A stretch of DNA of 53,619 bases from positions 1 through 53,619 of the IMG/VR virus record IMGVR_UViG_3300020183_000101. One strand, given 5' to 3'. The notes beneath the pieces were generated by a model. The model searched no databases and had not been told where the DNA came from. It was given only the letters and a program-made list of their open reading frames with translations. The position numbers and the translations under genes were made by a program. Source of the stretch: a virus. Its lineage: Duplodnaviria; Caudoviricetes. Shown here piece after piece: positions 17,986 to 26,490 of the stretch (within the stretch, counting starts at the first letter, position 1; every line of letters begins with the position of its first letter).

Positions 17986-18670
17986 AATTTAAATACGTTT
18001 GAACTACAGACAAATCAGCAGGAACATCAACTCCATGAGTAAAATGATCAATCGCATGACAATTGTATTCGTACCCGATTTCTATCCACTTCATCGGATG
18101 AATTTTTTCCAAAACTTCTAAATTAGTTTGTGGTATTGACATAAAATTTTTTAACTGATCTCTAGTGTAAGAATAAACACCAACATGCCTATAACCAGTA
18201 TTCAAGGGGTGACGAGTTATATAAACAATTTTTTTCTGGTAATCATCGGCAATTGCTTTACAGATGTTTTTATCTGCTATTTGAAATTGATCTAAAGGTG
18301 ATATCAAACAAGTTGGATTTTTAGTAATCAAACTTTTTTCGTATAGTCCAATCAAATCTTTTTTAGTAACCAGAGGTTCATCCGCTTGAAGTTCTACAAT
18401 CCTATTCGTTTTAATCTTAGAAATGTACTCGGATATTCTCTCAGTAGAATTATTATGATTACCCGTTATTTCAACAAATATTTTGTTCTTAATACATTCA
18501 TTCAAAATATCGTGATGATCTGTTAAAACGATAACATTATCCTTTCCAAAGGCATCAATTGCATTCCTTGCAGTATGAACAACCATGGATGTTCCGTTGA
18601 TCTTAGAAAGTGCTTTTCCAAAGAATCTAGTGCTACCAAGTCTTGCTGGAATTAAGCAAGTGACATCCAT
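17966..18670 (-). CDS. kdsB: KdsB-like CMP-Kdo synthetase (3-deoxy-manno-octulosonate cytidylyltransferase family)
   Basis: IPARLGSTRFFGKAL, QADEPL, RHVGVYSY, LEVLEK, GVDVPADL motifs collinear with KdsB. Confidence 0.8.
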   Translation of the reverse strand: MDVTCLIPARLGSTRFFGKALSKINGTSMVVHTARNAIDAFGKDNVIVLTDHHDILNECIKNKIFVEITGNHNNSTERISEYISKIKTNRIVELQADEPLVTKKDLIGLYEKSLITKNPTCLISPLDQFQIADKNICKAIADDYQKKIVYITRHPLNTGYRHVGVYSYTRDQLKNFMSIPQTNLEVLEKIHPMKWIEIGYEYNCHAIDHFTHGVDVPADLSVVQTYLNYDQFQF

Positions 18671-19437
18671 AGGTCTCTATAAGAATTACCATACATCGTA
18701 CCACAGGTATTACAGTTTTTGCAAGGAGAAATGTCTCTATTTTCTAAAAGAACTTTCCTATACTTTTGATAGGTCAAATCCTTCCAGACATCCATAAGAT
18801 GATTAGAGAATATATTTCCCAAGATATACTTTTTAGACCAGTCCTGAGGGCATAGGTAAGTGTCTCCGTTGTGATTAATGTACATGTAATATAATGGATA
18901 GTTACAAGGTTTTGTTACATCAATTTCTCCACCATAATTCACATATCCAGATCTATTTGTAAGAGTATCAAAAGACTGCCATCTTTCTCTTAGAGAATAA
19001 CTCAGACCATTCAATAAACTCTCAAATTTTTCTATTTGATGCGGACCATCATACATGCTAATAGAAACATGATCAGGTAGTTCCGCAATTTCTCTTGTCA
19101 GAAAATCACCATTCGTAACTAACTCTGCAGTCCATTTGGTACTTTTGACTGCTTTAATAATTTCCGAAACATTTGGATTTTGTAAGGGTTCGCCAAATCC
19201 ACAGAAACAAAGAATTCCTTCAAATCCAATTTCCTCCAGATCCTTTTTAATTTTCAGTGCCTGTTCAACAGACATGTATGATCCTTCATCTTTCCAACCA
19301 TGCGCTCTAGGGCAGAAATCACATTTACGATTACAAGTTGGACTGATGTTGATCTCAAGAAATGATGGAATAGGATGCCCATCAAATAAAATAACTTTAT
19401 CCGTTCTTTCTTTTTTCCAAGTTTTATAGTCCATCAA
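18652..19437 (-). CDS. Radical SAM protein with SPASM/twitch domain
   Basis: CNRKCDFC (CxxxCxxC), GFGEPL, TNG, and C-terminal PC...I..NGD.YLC...LGNI...PCKNC. Confidence 0.9.
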   Translation of the reverse strand: MMDYKTWKKERTDKVILFDGHPIPSFLEINISPTCNRKCDFCPRAHGWKDEGSYMSVEQALKIKKDLEEIGFEGILCFCGFGEPLQNPNVSEIIKAVKSTKWTAELVTNGDFLTREIAELPDHVSISMYDGPHQIEKFESLLNGLSYSLRERWQSFDTLTNRSGYVNYGGEIDVTKPCNYPLYYMYINHNGDTYLCPQDWSKKYILGNIFSNHLMDVWKDLTYQKYRKVLLENRDISPCKNCNTCGTMYGNSYRDLWMSLA

Positions 19438-19937
19438 AAATAATTAAAGTTGAGGGTAATTCTTCTCCAATCATCAGTACAGTTTGTGCTGTTATGAAGA
19501 ATGTTCGACTTAAATATTGCCAGACGATTTTCTACGCTTTCAATTTTTGCACCATCTTCAAGTGCGGTGTATCCATTATTGGAATTAACATAATAGACTG
19601 CAACAAAAAGATCATGAGGCGAATCATAATGCTTCCCATGAGTTACAAATTGATTTTGATTTACATATAAGTTTCCTTTCACCCTAGACAATGCTTTTGG
19701 TTTTAAAATATTTAAGATTGGAAGTAGAATTTGATAATCTCTAGAGACATGAACATTATAATCAGTATGATATTCAAAGAAAGTGTGATAGAAATAAGAA
19801 AATGGAAATGCCTTTTCCTCTATGTCCTCAGTGATATTTTCTTGAAAATACCAATCACAATGATTCATCATGTAATCTTTTAGTTGAAAAAAATGCTCTG
19901 GAGATAAAGCATTATCAATGACCTCATAATTTTTCAT
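19434..19937 (-). CDS. 2OG-Fe(II) oxygenase-family protein
   Basis: VIDNAL start, RVKGNLY, HYD, AVYYVNSNNGYT, SVENRLAIF...HNSTNCTD..RRITLNFNY. Confidence 0.85.
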   Translation of the reverse strand: MKNYEVIDNALSPEHFFQLKDYMMNHCDWYFQENITEDIEEKAFPFSYFYHTFFEYHTDYNVHVSRDYQILLPILNILKPKALSRVKGNLYVNQNQFVTHGKHYDSPHDLFVAVYYVNSNNGYTALEDGAKIESVENRLAIFKSNILHNSTNCTDDWRRITLNFNYF

Positions 19938-21009
19938 AAAAATCTTTTGCTTTCTGAGAAATAGTTACTGGTTTAAAATATTCACAATTTTCTTTTGTCT
20001 TTTCAAATAAATCATGAGGTTTGTTGAAAGGGAGTACCTCATAATCCTTATGCTTATCCCCTGTTAGTCTAACATAGTTTTCGTGCAACACCAATAGGTC
20101 ATCATACAGTTGTTCAGGTGGTTTAATTCTGTCAAGAGAGAGGAAGTTATAAATCCAGTAATTCTTGTCCTCAAGATCATTCACAAAAACATCCTGAGCA
20201 TAAGTCATAAAGTCTCGCCAAATCTGAGGTTTTCTATCCCAAGAAACAGTATATGTTTTTGAAGTTGCTTCATGAAATTTTCTCTGATTTTTTAAATCCC
20301 CAAGATCATCTGGTAGATCTGGTTGATAATGTATATCACTCTTGTATATTTTTACAGGTTTTTTACAGAAAGCAGCATATACCATACTAGAAGTCATCCC
20401 ATTAGTATAGACAACTTCTGATAATTCTAGAATATTTTTTTGTTTCTTTCTCCAATCAACATCAAATCCATTGAATCCTAAACAGTAAATCTTATCAACT
20501 ATTTCTCTCGGATAATGAGTCCAATAATATTCGTAGTCTTCTGGAAATGCAATATAAACTGGATTATCATGTCCCAACCCTTTAAGTTCATCAATTAAAT
20601 CTTTAATTTTTTGAGGATCTTTAGACAACCAAGTTTTAAATGGATTATCTCTCTTCGGTAAAAATACAGTTTGATATCTAGGAGTTGCTTTTATCGCATG
20701 AGAATCGTAAAGATACTCTGCATATGCAAAGGGAGAACAACCACCATAACGACCCCTCTTCTCTACTTTTTTATTACACTCATTACCCCAAAAATACTTA
20801 GCACTAGGGTATCCCATGATTTCACACCATGGAACTGGATTAAAAAAATTTTCTATACCAACACTATTATTTGTTAAAAACAAAAAATTAGATCCACACC
20901 AATCATTTAAGATTGTTTTTTGAGAAAAAGATGAATGTGGATCTAATTTTGTTTCTCTATTTACAAATATATTTCCGTTGATATCAAAATCAATTATTGG
21001 TAGATGCAT
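19924..21009 (-). CDS. Putative GT-B-fold glycosyltransferase-like protein
   Basis: SEVVYTNGMTSSMVYAAFCKKPVKIY resembles the GT-B donor-binding segment; clustered with kdsB. Confidence 0.45.
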   Translation of the reverse strand: MHLPIIDFDINGNIFVNRETKLDPHSSFSQKTILNDWCGSNFLFLTNNSVGIENFFNPVPWCEIMGYPSAKYFWGNECNKKVEKRGRYGGCSPFAYAEYLYDSHAIKATPRYQTVFLPKRDNPFKTWLSKDPQKIKDLIDELKGLGHDNPVYIAFPEDYEYYWTHYPREIVDKIYCLGFNGFDVDWRKKQKNILELSEVVYTNGMTSSMVYAAFCKKPVKIYKSDIHYQPDLPDDLGDLKNQRKFHEATSKTYTVSWDRKPQIWRDFMTYAQDVFVNDLEDKNYWIYNFLSLDRIKPPEQLYDDLLVLHENYVRLTGDKHKDYEVLPFNKPHDLFEKTKENCEYFKPVTISQKAKDFYEKL

Positions 21010-21041
21010 TAAAATTTCAAAACTCTATTTTATATATTTTA

Positions 21042-21452
21042 TTACTCTTCCAGTCCAACTACATTTCCATTTTCATCAATAACTAAACCTTGAGTTCCTT
21101 CTCCACCATTATTTGGTGGTCCTTCAACAGAAATCCAAATTTTGTGTCTATCGTCATAATAGTATTCTGATTCATTTCCTGGGCAAGGAACCGCTGGCAC
21201 CCACTTAAATGTTTCCAGATCAAGAGTTCTAGACCCTGCTACGTCAAGAGCATTTTTCTCTTCAAAAGCATCATACTCTGGATGATACTTTGCTCCGATG
21301 CAGGCAAAGTTTTTTCTAGAACCACCATCTCTCCAAGTTTGAATCCATTCTGTGGCGTTTGGGAAAGTATTGATTACCTCTTGAGAAGCAACGATAACTT
21401 CCTCAATAATATGATTGCCATTTACTCTTGCAAAATACGTTAAATCTTCCAT
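21042..21452 (-). CDS. Acidic fibre-tip-associated protein (putative chaperone)
   Basis: YFARV...VIVA...WIQT...RKNFACIG..Y....DAF...KW.P.VP.P pattern; directly follows the Gly-rich tip gene. Confidence 0.55.
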   Translation of the reverse strand: MEDLTYFARVNGNHIIEEVIVASQEVINTFPNATEWIQTWRDGGSRKNFACIGAKYHPEYDAFEEKNALDVAGSRTLDLETFKWVPAVPCPGNESEYYYDDRHKIWISVEGPPNNGGEGTQGLVIDENGNVVGLEE

Positions 21453-21461
21453 AATTCAATT

Positions 21462-22487
21462 TTATACGGGTACAGATATAATAACTAGACCATTTGATCC
21501 TGTTCCACCGCCAGAGTTGGATTCTCCACCACCTCCGCCACCACTACCATAATTAGATGCTGATCCAGCATTTCCAGGACCTCCACCACCAGGACCTCCT
21601 GGCGCACTTCCGTTGGGGTTCCATTGTCTAGATCCATGAGGAGGTCCAGGACCAGCTCCTCTACCACCTCCACCGCCACCAGCACCAAAACTATATGGAG
21701 TTCCTGCAATAGTTAAAGAGATTGCAGCTGTTCCAGTTGAACTATTCGTAGGAGAGGCTGCTAATCCACCACCTCCACCACCTTGTCCAAATCCTGGATT
21801 AGATGCATATGAGTTACCACTAAATCCTTCTGGTGGGTTAAATCCCCCTTCATTTCCAGACCCACCACTAGTTCCAGTGTTAAAAAATGGACCAGATCCA
21901 CCACCATTACCACCGTTTTGACCATTATTACCACCACCAACACCACCACGTCCTCCACCAGTTGCACTAAAACCAAATGCGCTGGATGGATTTCCTTTAG
22001 TGTTTGCACCACCCCCAGATCCAACAGTAACTGTTACAGGAACTCCTTGAATTTGAGGATTTTGTAATGCACCATTGATGGCATTAGGAATTGTTTCATT
22101 AAATGAAATTGCAGGTGCTCTAAAAGTGGCAGGAATACCAGGAAAACTTGCACGAATTCCTCCTCCTGCTCCACCGCCACCTTGACCAAGTTGAGTGCCA
22201 GGAGAACTTCCACCCCCTCCACCACCTGCAACTACAAGATAATCAACATAGGTTGAATTCGTTGAGACATCAGACCTAATAACTCTAGAGAATCCAGTAT
22301 TAGAATTTTTTGTTGGATTATAACTAGATCCAGATTTTACATTAACTGATCCAGTTGATGTAAATACAAAATAATTCCTAGTTCCATCAGTACTGGTACT
22401 GGCTGCTCCAGTTTGACCAGTAATTGTGATGGACTTAGTAATATTATCAGTAACTCTGATACTTGATCTTAATCTTTGAATTGGCAT
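21462..22487 (-). CDS. Glycine-rich fibre-tip / adhesin protein
   Basis: FTSTG...VDYLVVAGGGGGG...VTVGSGG...ATGGGRGG...GGTGSNGLVIIS Gly-rich domain. Confidence 0.75.
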   Translation of the reverse strand: MPIQRLRSSIRVTDNITKSITITGQTGAASTSTDGTRNYFVFTSTGSVNVKSGSSYNPTKNSNTGFSRVIRSDVSTNSTYVDYLVVAGGGGGGSSPGTQLGQGGGGAGGGIRASFPGIPATFRAPAISFNETIPNAINGALQNPQIQGVPVTVTVGSGGGANTKGNPSSAFGFSATGGGRGGVGGGNNGQNGGNGGGSGPFFNTGTSGGSGNEGGFNPPEGFSGNSYASNPGFGQGGGGGGLAASPTNSSTGTAAISLTIAGTPYSFGAGGGGGGRGAGPGPPHGSRQWNPNGSAPGGPGGGGPGNAGSASNYGSGGGGGGESNSGGGTGSNGLVIISVPV

Positions 22488-22500
22488 ATTAGTTACCTAA

Positions 22501-22875
22501 TCACTGAATTCTTTCGAAAGAACATGTAGCGTGAATAGTGTTAATTGGATTGACTTGAACAGTAATGGATCTACCTTCTTCAACATAGATTGAAGATGCT
22601 TTATCCATGAGAACCAAACTGGTTCCTGTCGCAATACCAATGTTACTAGAAAGTGAGAAACTTACTCCCAGACCAGCAGCAGCAGTATGAGTTCTTACTG
22701 TTGCATAACCAACTGTTGAGTTGGTTATATTTGAAAGGGTAAGGTTGTTGATTTTTAGAACAGCACCACTTCCAGCAGCATTTGAAACGAGAACTGTTGG
22801 AGCAGCAGTGTCTAAGTTGATTGCGGTTGTAAAACCGACAATTGTTGTTACACCTACAATATTTGGAGCAGCCAT
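22501..22875 (-). CDS. Small beta-sandwich fibre adaptor
   Basis: MAAPNIVGVTTI...KINNL.LSNI...SLVLMDK..SIYVEEG.SI; TATAAATA at 22904-22911. Confidence 0.65.
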   Translation of the reverse strand: MAAPNIVGVTTIVGFTTAINLDTAAPTVLVSNAAGSGAVLKINNLTLSNITNSTVGYATVRTHTAAAGLGVSFSLSSNIGIATGTSLVLMDKASSIYVEEGRSITVQVNPINTIHATCSFERIQ

Positions 22876-22919
22876 AGTTAAATTCTAATTTCTTGTCTTG
22901 TTGTATTTATATTTATAAT

Positions 22920-23195
22920 TTATGCCCTTAGTGGGGGGTCAGCAAGAATAAACTTAAGACCGACAATTCTACCACTATCAATAGGACTTAATCCAGTTAA
23001 TGACGCACCACTACCAACAAGAATTGCATTGGCACTTGAAACAGAAACTGCGCTTACGTTTATATTGCCAGTAGTGGTAACTCCACTAAAGTTTGCATCA
23101 CCCGTAGTAACCAAACCAACAATGGACAATCCATTCGTAAATTCTGTTGGTCCATCGCCAGTGGAGTTTAAAATTGCATTCGCTTTTATATCCAT
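22920..23195 (-). CDS. Mini fibre module 4 of tandem array
   Basis: Start moved to ATG 23195 (MDIKANAILNSTGDGPTEFTNG) to align with paralogs. Confidence 0.75.
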   Translation of the reverse strand: MDIKANAILNSTGDGPTEFTNGLSIVGLVTTGDANFSGVTTTGNINVSAVSVSSANAILVGSGASLTGLSPIDSGRIVGLKFILADPPLRA

Positions 23196-23196
23196 A

Positions 23197-23487
23197 TCAT
23201 GCTCTAAATGGTACAGGGTCAAGAATCATTCTTAATGCAACACTCTTTCCTCCAGTTATGACGGGAAGACCAACCATTTGAGATCCATCACCAGAAAAAG
23301 TTCCAGTTATGACCCCAACAACACTCACATTTGTTGCAATAACAGAGTTCGCAGTGCTAACACCAGTAATATTTACATTTCCAGCAACACTTAATACGCT
23401 ACTTGATCCAAAAGTAGCACCTTTTGTTAATTCAGGTGCGCCTTCATCAAGTTTGTTAGATATCGCATTAACTTTTATTTTAGACAT
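23197..23487 (-). CDS. Mini fibre module 3 of tandem array
   Basis: MSKIKVNAI...GAPELTKG...FSGDGSQM...KSVALRMILDPVPFRA. Confidence 0.8.
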   Translation of the reverse strand: MSKIKVNAISNKLDEGAPELTKGATFGSSSVLSVAGNVNITGVSTANSVIATNVSVVGVITGTFSGDGSQMVGLPVITGGKSVALRMILDPVPFRA

Positions 23488-23488
23488 T

Positions 23489-23770
23489 TTAACTAATTAG
23501 TGCGTATGCAATGACTTTTGCTTCTGAAACAACAGGTATATTTGTTAGTCCAGAACCATCACCAGAAAAACTTCCAGCGGTAATTGTTGTTGCGTTAATG
23601 CTTGTTCCAACAATATTAGATACTGTTGAGACACCAGAAACATTTACGTCTCCTTGTGCGATAAGTGTTTGCCCAGCAGGAACTGTAACACCATTTACAA
23701 ATTCAACTGGACCATCATTTGTTAAATTAACAATCGAATTAACTCTAATTGCAGACTGAAGTGCAGGCAT
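23489..23770 (-). CDS. Mini fibre module 2 of tandem array
   Basis: IRVNSIVN...GPVEFVNG...FSGDGSGLT...KVIAYALIS. Confidence 0.8.
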   Translation of the reverse strand: MPALQSAIRVNSIVNLTNDGPVEFVNGVTVPAGQTLIAQGDVNVSGVSTVSNIVGTSINATTITAGSFSGDGSGLTNIPVVSEAKVIAYALIS

Positions 23771-23781
23771 TTTTTATCCTC

Positions 23782-24051
23782 CTATGTTATTAAAGTTAAT
23801 GCAATTGCTTTTGAATTGGTGGTTCCTGATAAACCAGTTAGCCCAATCCCACTGCCAGAAAATGTAGTTGCAGTGCATACTCCAGACATTGTGATATTAG
23901 TTGCAGTCAAATTTGAGACTGTCATAATACCAGAACATGTTAAATTTTCAACGTTCAATGTTGAAGTAGAAGGAATAACTGCCCCCTTTGTAAATTCTAC
24001 TGGACCGCTTCCAGAGGCATCAGTGATTTTATTAACTCTAAGTGTCGACAT
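23782..24051 (-). CDS. Mini fibre module 1 of tandem array
   Basis: MSTLRVNKI...GPVEFTKG...FSGSGIGLT...KAIALTLIT. Confidence 0.8.
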   Translation of the reverse strand: MSTLRVNKITDASGSGPVEFTKGAVIPSTSTLNVENLTCSGIMTVSNLTATNITMSGVCTATTFSGSGIGLTGLSGTTNSKAIALTLIT

Positions 24052-24073
24052 AACTTATTCCTCTTTGACCTAT

Positions 24074-24664
24074 TTAGAGAATTGCATAAGAAACACCAGT
24101 GCCAACAGTAACAGTTGCTCCAACTGCAACTTGAATTGGTCCAATCATACCATAGTTAGTTCCTTCATTATAGAAGTCTGGCATGATAATGCTGTCAGTG
24201 ATTACAGAAGAGTTAGCAATTCCTCTACAGGTTAAGATACCAGTGGTGGAAACACCAGCTCCTCCACCTTGAATACTAATATCTACTGTGTTTCCATATG
24301 CTTTAAAAGTATTACCAGCACCAACAAAGTTCAGTGTAGTGATATTATTTGAAATTGGAAGACCAGCAGATGTAATACCTACAGTGGAAGGAACTGTTAG
24401 ATTGAATGCCTTATAAGCAACAATCTCAACAGCATCTCCATTTTGTGCTGCAACATTTAGATAAACATTGACACCATCTTGTGCGATGTAATCTGTTCTT
24501 TCAAAGAGTCTGGCACCATTCAGATAAACATCAACATAACCGATGTTATATCCCGCAGCAAAAACAAATTGAGTAGTATCTACAGTTGGTTCAAATAGTT
24601 GTCTAGCAATAACTACTGGTGAGTTATCTGGATTATTACCAACGTAACCGTACTTTGATGGCAT
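24074..24664 (-). CDS. Fibre hub/branch module, paralog of 16511..17305
   Basis: GYNIGYVDVYLNGARL...DYIAQDG...GDAVEIVAY; C-terminal GPIQVAVGATVTVGTG. Confidence 0.7.
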   Translation of the reverse strand: MPSKYGYVGNNPDNSPVVIARQLFEPTVDTTQFVFAAGYNIGYVDVYLNGARLFERTDYIAQDGVNVYLNVAAQNGDAVEIVAYKAFNLTVPSTVGITSAGLPISNNITTLNFVGAGNTFKAYGNTVDISIQGGGAGVSTTGILTCRGIANSSVITDSIIMPDFYNEGTNYGMIGPIQVAVGATVTVGTGVSYAIL

Positions 24665-24665
24665 A

Positions 24666-25193
24666 TCAATTTACCCCATCAAGAATACTGAGACTTAGAT
24701 CTGCACTATTGTTTGCATTAACCGCTAGGTTAATTCTATCACCTGGTTGAAGTAATGTTTTACCTGCATCACTTACAACCAAAGAGCTTCCTGCAGGAAC
24801 AGGAACACCATAAAGTAAATTATATGCAGTAGATCCACTTGCAACTTGAATAGTTGCTTCAATCTGACCTTGAGTAAGATTGGAAAGTGTTCCTCCAATC
24901 AGAACACTCTTGTTTGTGGCAACATAAGATGTTGTAACGCCCAAGAAACTTACGATTGTTCCAGTTACAGTAGAAGTGTTTGTTGATTGTATATCAACTG
25001 TTACTTCTCCTGTTCCAACTGCAGTTACTTTAGTTCCACCAATAAAATGAACATTATCAACTAGAGATCCAACTTGAATATTGGTAGTTGAAATACCAGT
25101 AATAGTTGTCGCAGCAGCGGCAAAAGATGCATTAGAACTGCTTGTAACAATTCCCGCTGCTCTAGTAAATGAATTGGTAAAAATTTCTGCCAT
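24666..25193 (-). CDS. Beta-sandwich fibre adaptor
   Basis: VPVPAGSSLVV...KTLLQPGDRI...DLSLSILD resembles 22501..22875; ATAAATA at 25214-25220. Confidence 0.6.
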   Translation of the reverse strand: MAEIFTNSFTRAAGIVTSSSNASFAAAATTITGISTTNIQVGSLVDNVHFIGGTKVTAVGTGEVTVDIQSTNTSTVTGTIVSFLGVTTSYVATNKSVLIGGTLSNLTQGQIEATIQVASGSTAYNLLYGVPVPAGSSLVVSDAGKTLLQPGDRINLAVNANNSADLSLSILDGVN

Positions 25194-25219
25194 TTTTCTT
25201 TATTTGTTGTGAGTATTTA

Positions 25220-26449
25220 TTAACCGCCTAGGGCGATAGCAAGACCAATTGAGATACCCGCAGGGGGAAGTGTCATGGTTGCAGCAGACCCAGATGCTGA
25301 GAATGTTGCGCCGCCACCGACAATATTAAATAACGTAATTCCATAACCAACCTGATTGTTATCAGAAGTAATTCCGATAGCAGCAGTTAAATTTGGAGAG
25401 ATACCATACAATCCAGATCCATCACCATAGAAGGTGACAACTCCAGATGTTGCAGTGACTACTCCAGCACCAATTTGAATATTATTAATTGTTGCAACAC
25501 CACTTACCAATGCATCACCAATAACTGTCAGTCGTGATGTCGCATTGGTTGTTGCAATACCAACTCTTCCAGAATTTATACTTGAACCAAGACTGATGTT
25601 ACCACCACCTTCGTTTAAGTGTAGATCTTGGAATACTCCATTATAAGCACCAATTCTACCCAAACGCTGAGTAGTATCGAAACCAACATAAACATGACCA
25701 GAGATATTACTACCAACTCTTAGTTGTTCGGTAGTTCCATCCCTAATCTCAGTTTTTACTTGTGGATTTGTTGTACCAATTCCAACAGATCCAGATACAT
25801 ATGCTCCATAAGGAGTTGCCGCACTACCAACTTGCAATCTCTGATTAGCAGTTCTAGTCGATGAACCAGTACCAATCAAAACATATCCAGAAGTTGCAAG
25901 AGTAGAAATACCAGTGTTTCTAAAGTTGGTATTTCGGATATTTGTAATAATACCAACACCGATTGTTGCTTCTGCAGGAACAAAAAGTGCTGTAATAGTT
26001 CCAAATCCAGTTACATTTAATCTGGTTGAGGTAGTAATACCAGGAACTAACAGGTTTGCAAATGACGCACCACCCGCGAAGTTAATTACCTGACCATTCA
26101 ATGTACCTGAAATATTTGCATCACCATAAATGTTAAGTGATGTGGTTCCAGAGGCAACAGGACCACGAACATCTAACAGAAATCCTGGTAAGTTTGTTCC
26201 AATACCAACAGATCCACCAATACCTGTTGCAAAAAGAATTGTCCCTGCAATACCAACGAAAAGTCTATCGTTGAAGGTTCCAATTCCCGAGACGGCAATA
26301 TCGGTTGCAGCGATACCACCTCTAACATCTAACTTAACCCTTGGGTTGGTACTACCGATACCAACCTTTTCACTAACAGTATCTGCGAGGATGAGGCTTG
26401 TAAAGACCTCAAGACCGTTCTTGACAACAAAATTCTTATTTACTGCCAT
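25220..26449 (-). CDS. Tail fibre stalk protein
   Basis: MAVNKNFVVKNGL start, four VGI(G/A)(S/T)(T/N) repeats, GDGSGL, C-terminal IGLAIALGG; ATAAATA at 26478-26484. Confidence 0.8.
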   Translation of the reverse strand: MAVNKNFVVKNGLEVFTSLILADTVSEKVGIGSTNPRVKLDVRGGIAATDIAVSGIGTFNDRLFVGIAGTILFATGIGGSVGIGTNLPGFLLDVRGPVASGTTSLNIYGDANISGTLNGQVINFAGGASFANLLVPGITTSTRLNVTGFGTITALFVPAEATIGVGIITNIRNTNFRNTGISTLATSGYVLIGTGSSTRTANQRLQVGSAATPYGAYVSGSVGIGTTNPQVKTEIRDGTTEQLRVGSNISGHVYVGFDTTQRLGRIGAYNGVFQDLHLNEGGGNISLGSSINSGRVGIATTNATSRLTVIGDALVSGVATINNIQIGAGVVTATSGVVTFYGDGSGLYGISPNLTAAIGITSDNNQVGYGITLFNIVGGGATFSASGSAATMTLPPAGISIGLAIALGG

Positions 26450-26490
26450 TCGGGTTCACTCTCCCCCTATTTTTTACTATTTATCTAGAA

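Noticed and set aside
8512-22487. Collagen-like proteins as explanation for prolyl hydroxylase-like genes
   Set aside because: Gly-rich regions are polyglycine runs, not sustained Gly-X-Y triplets
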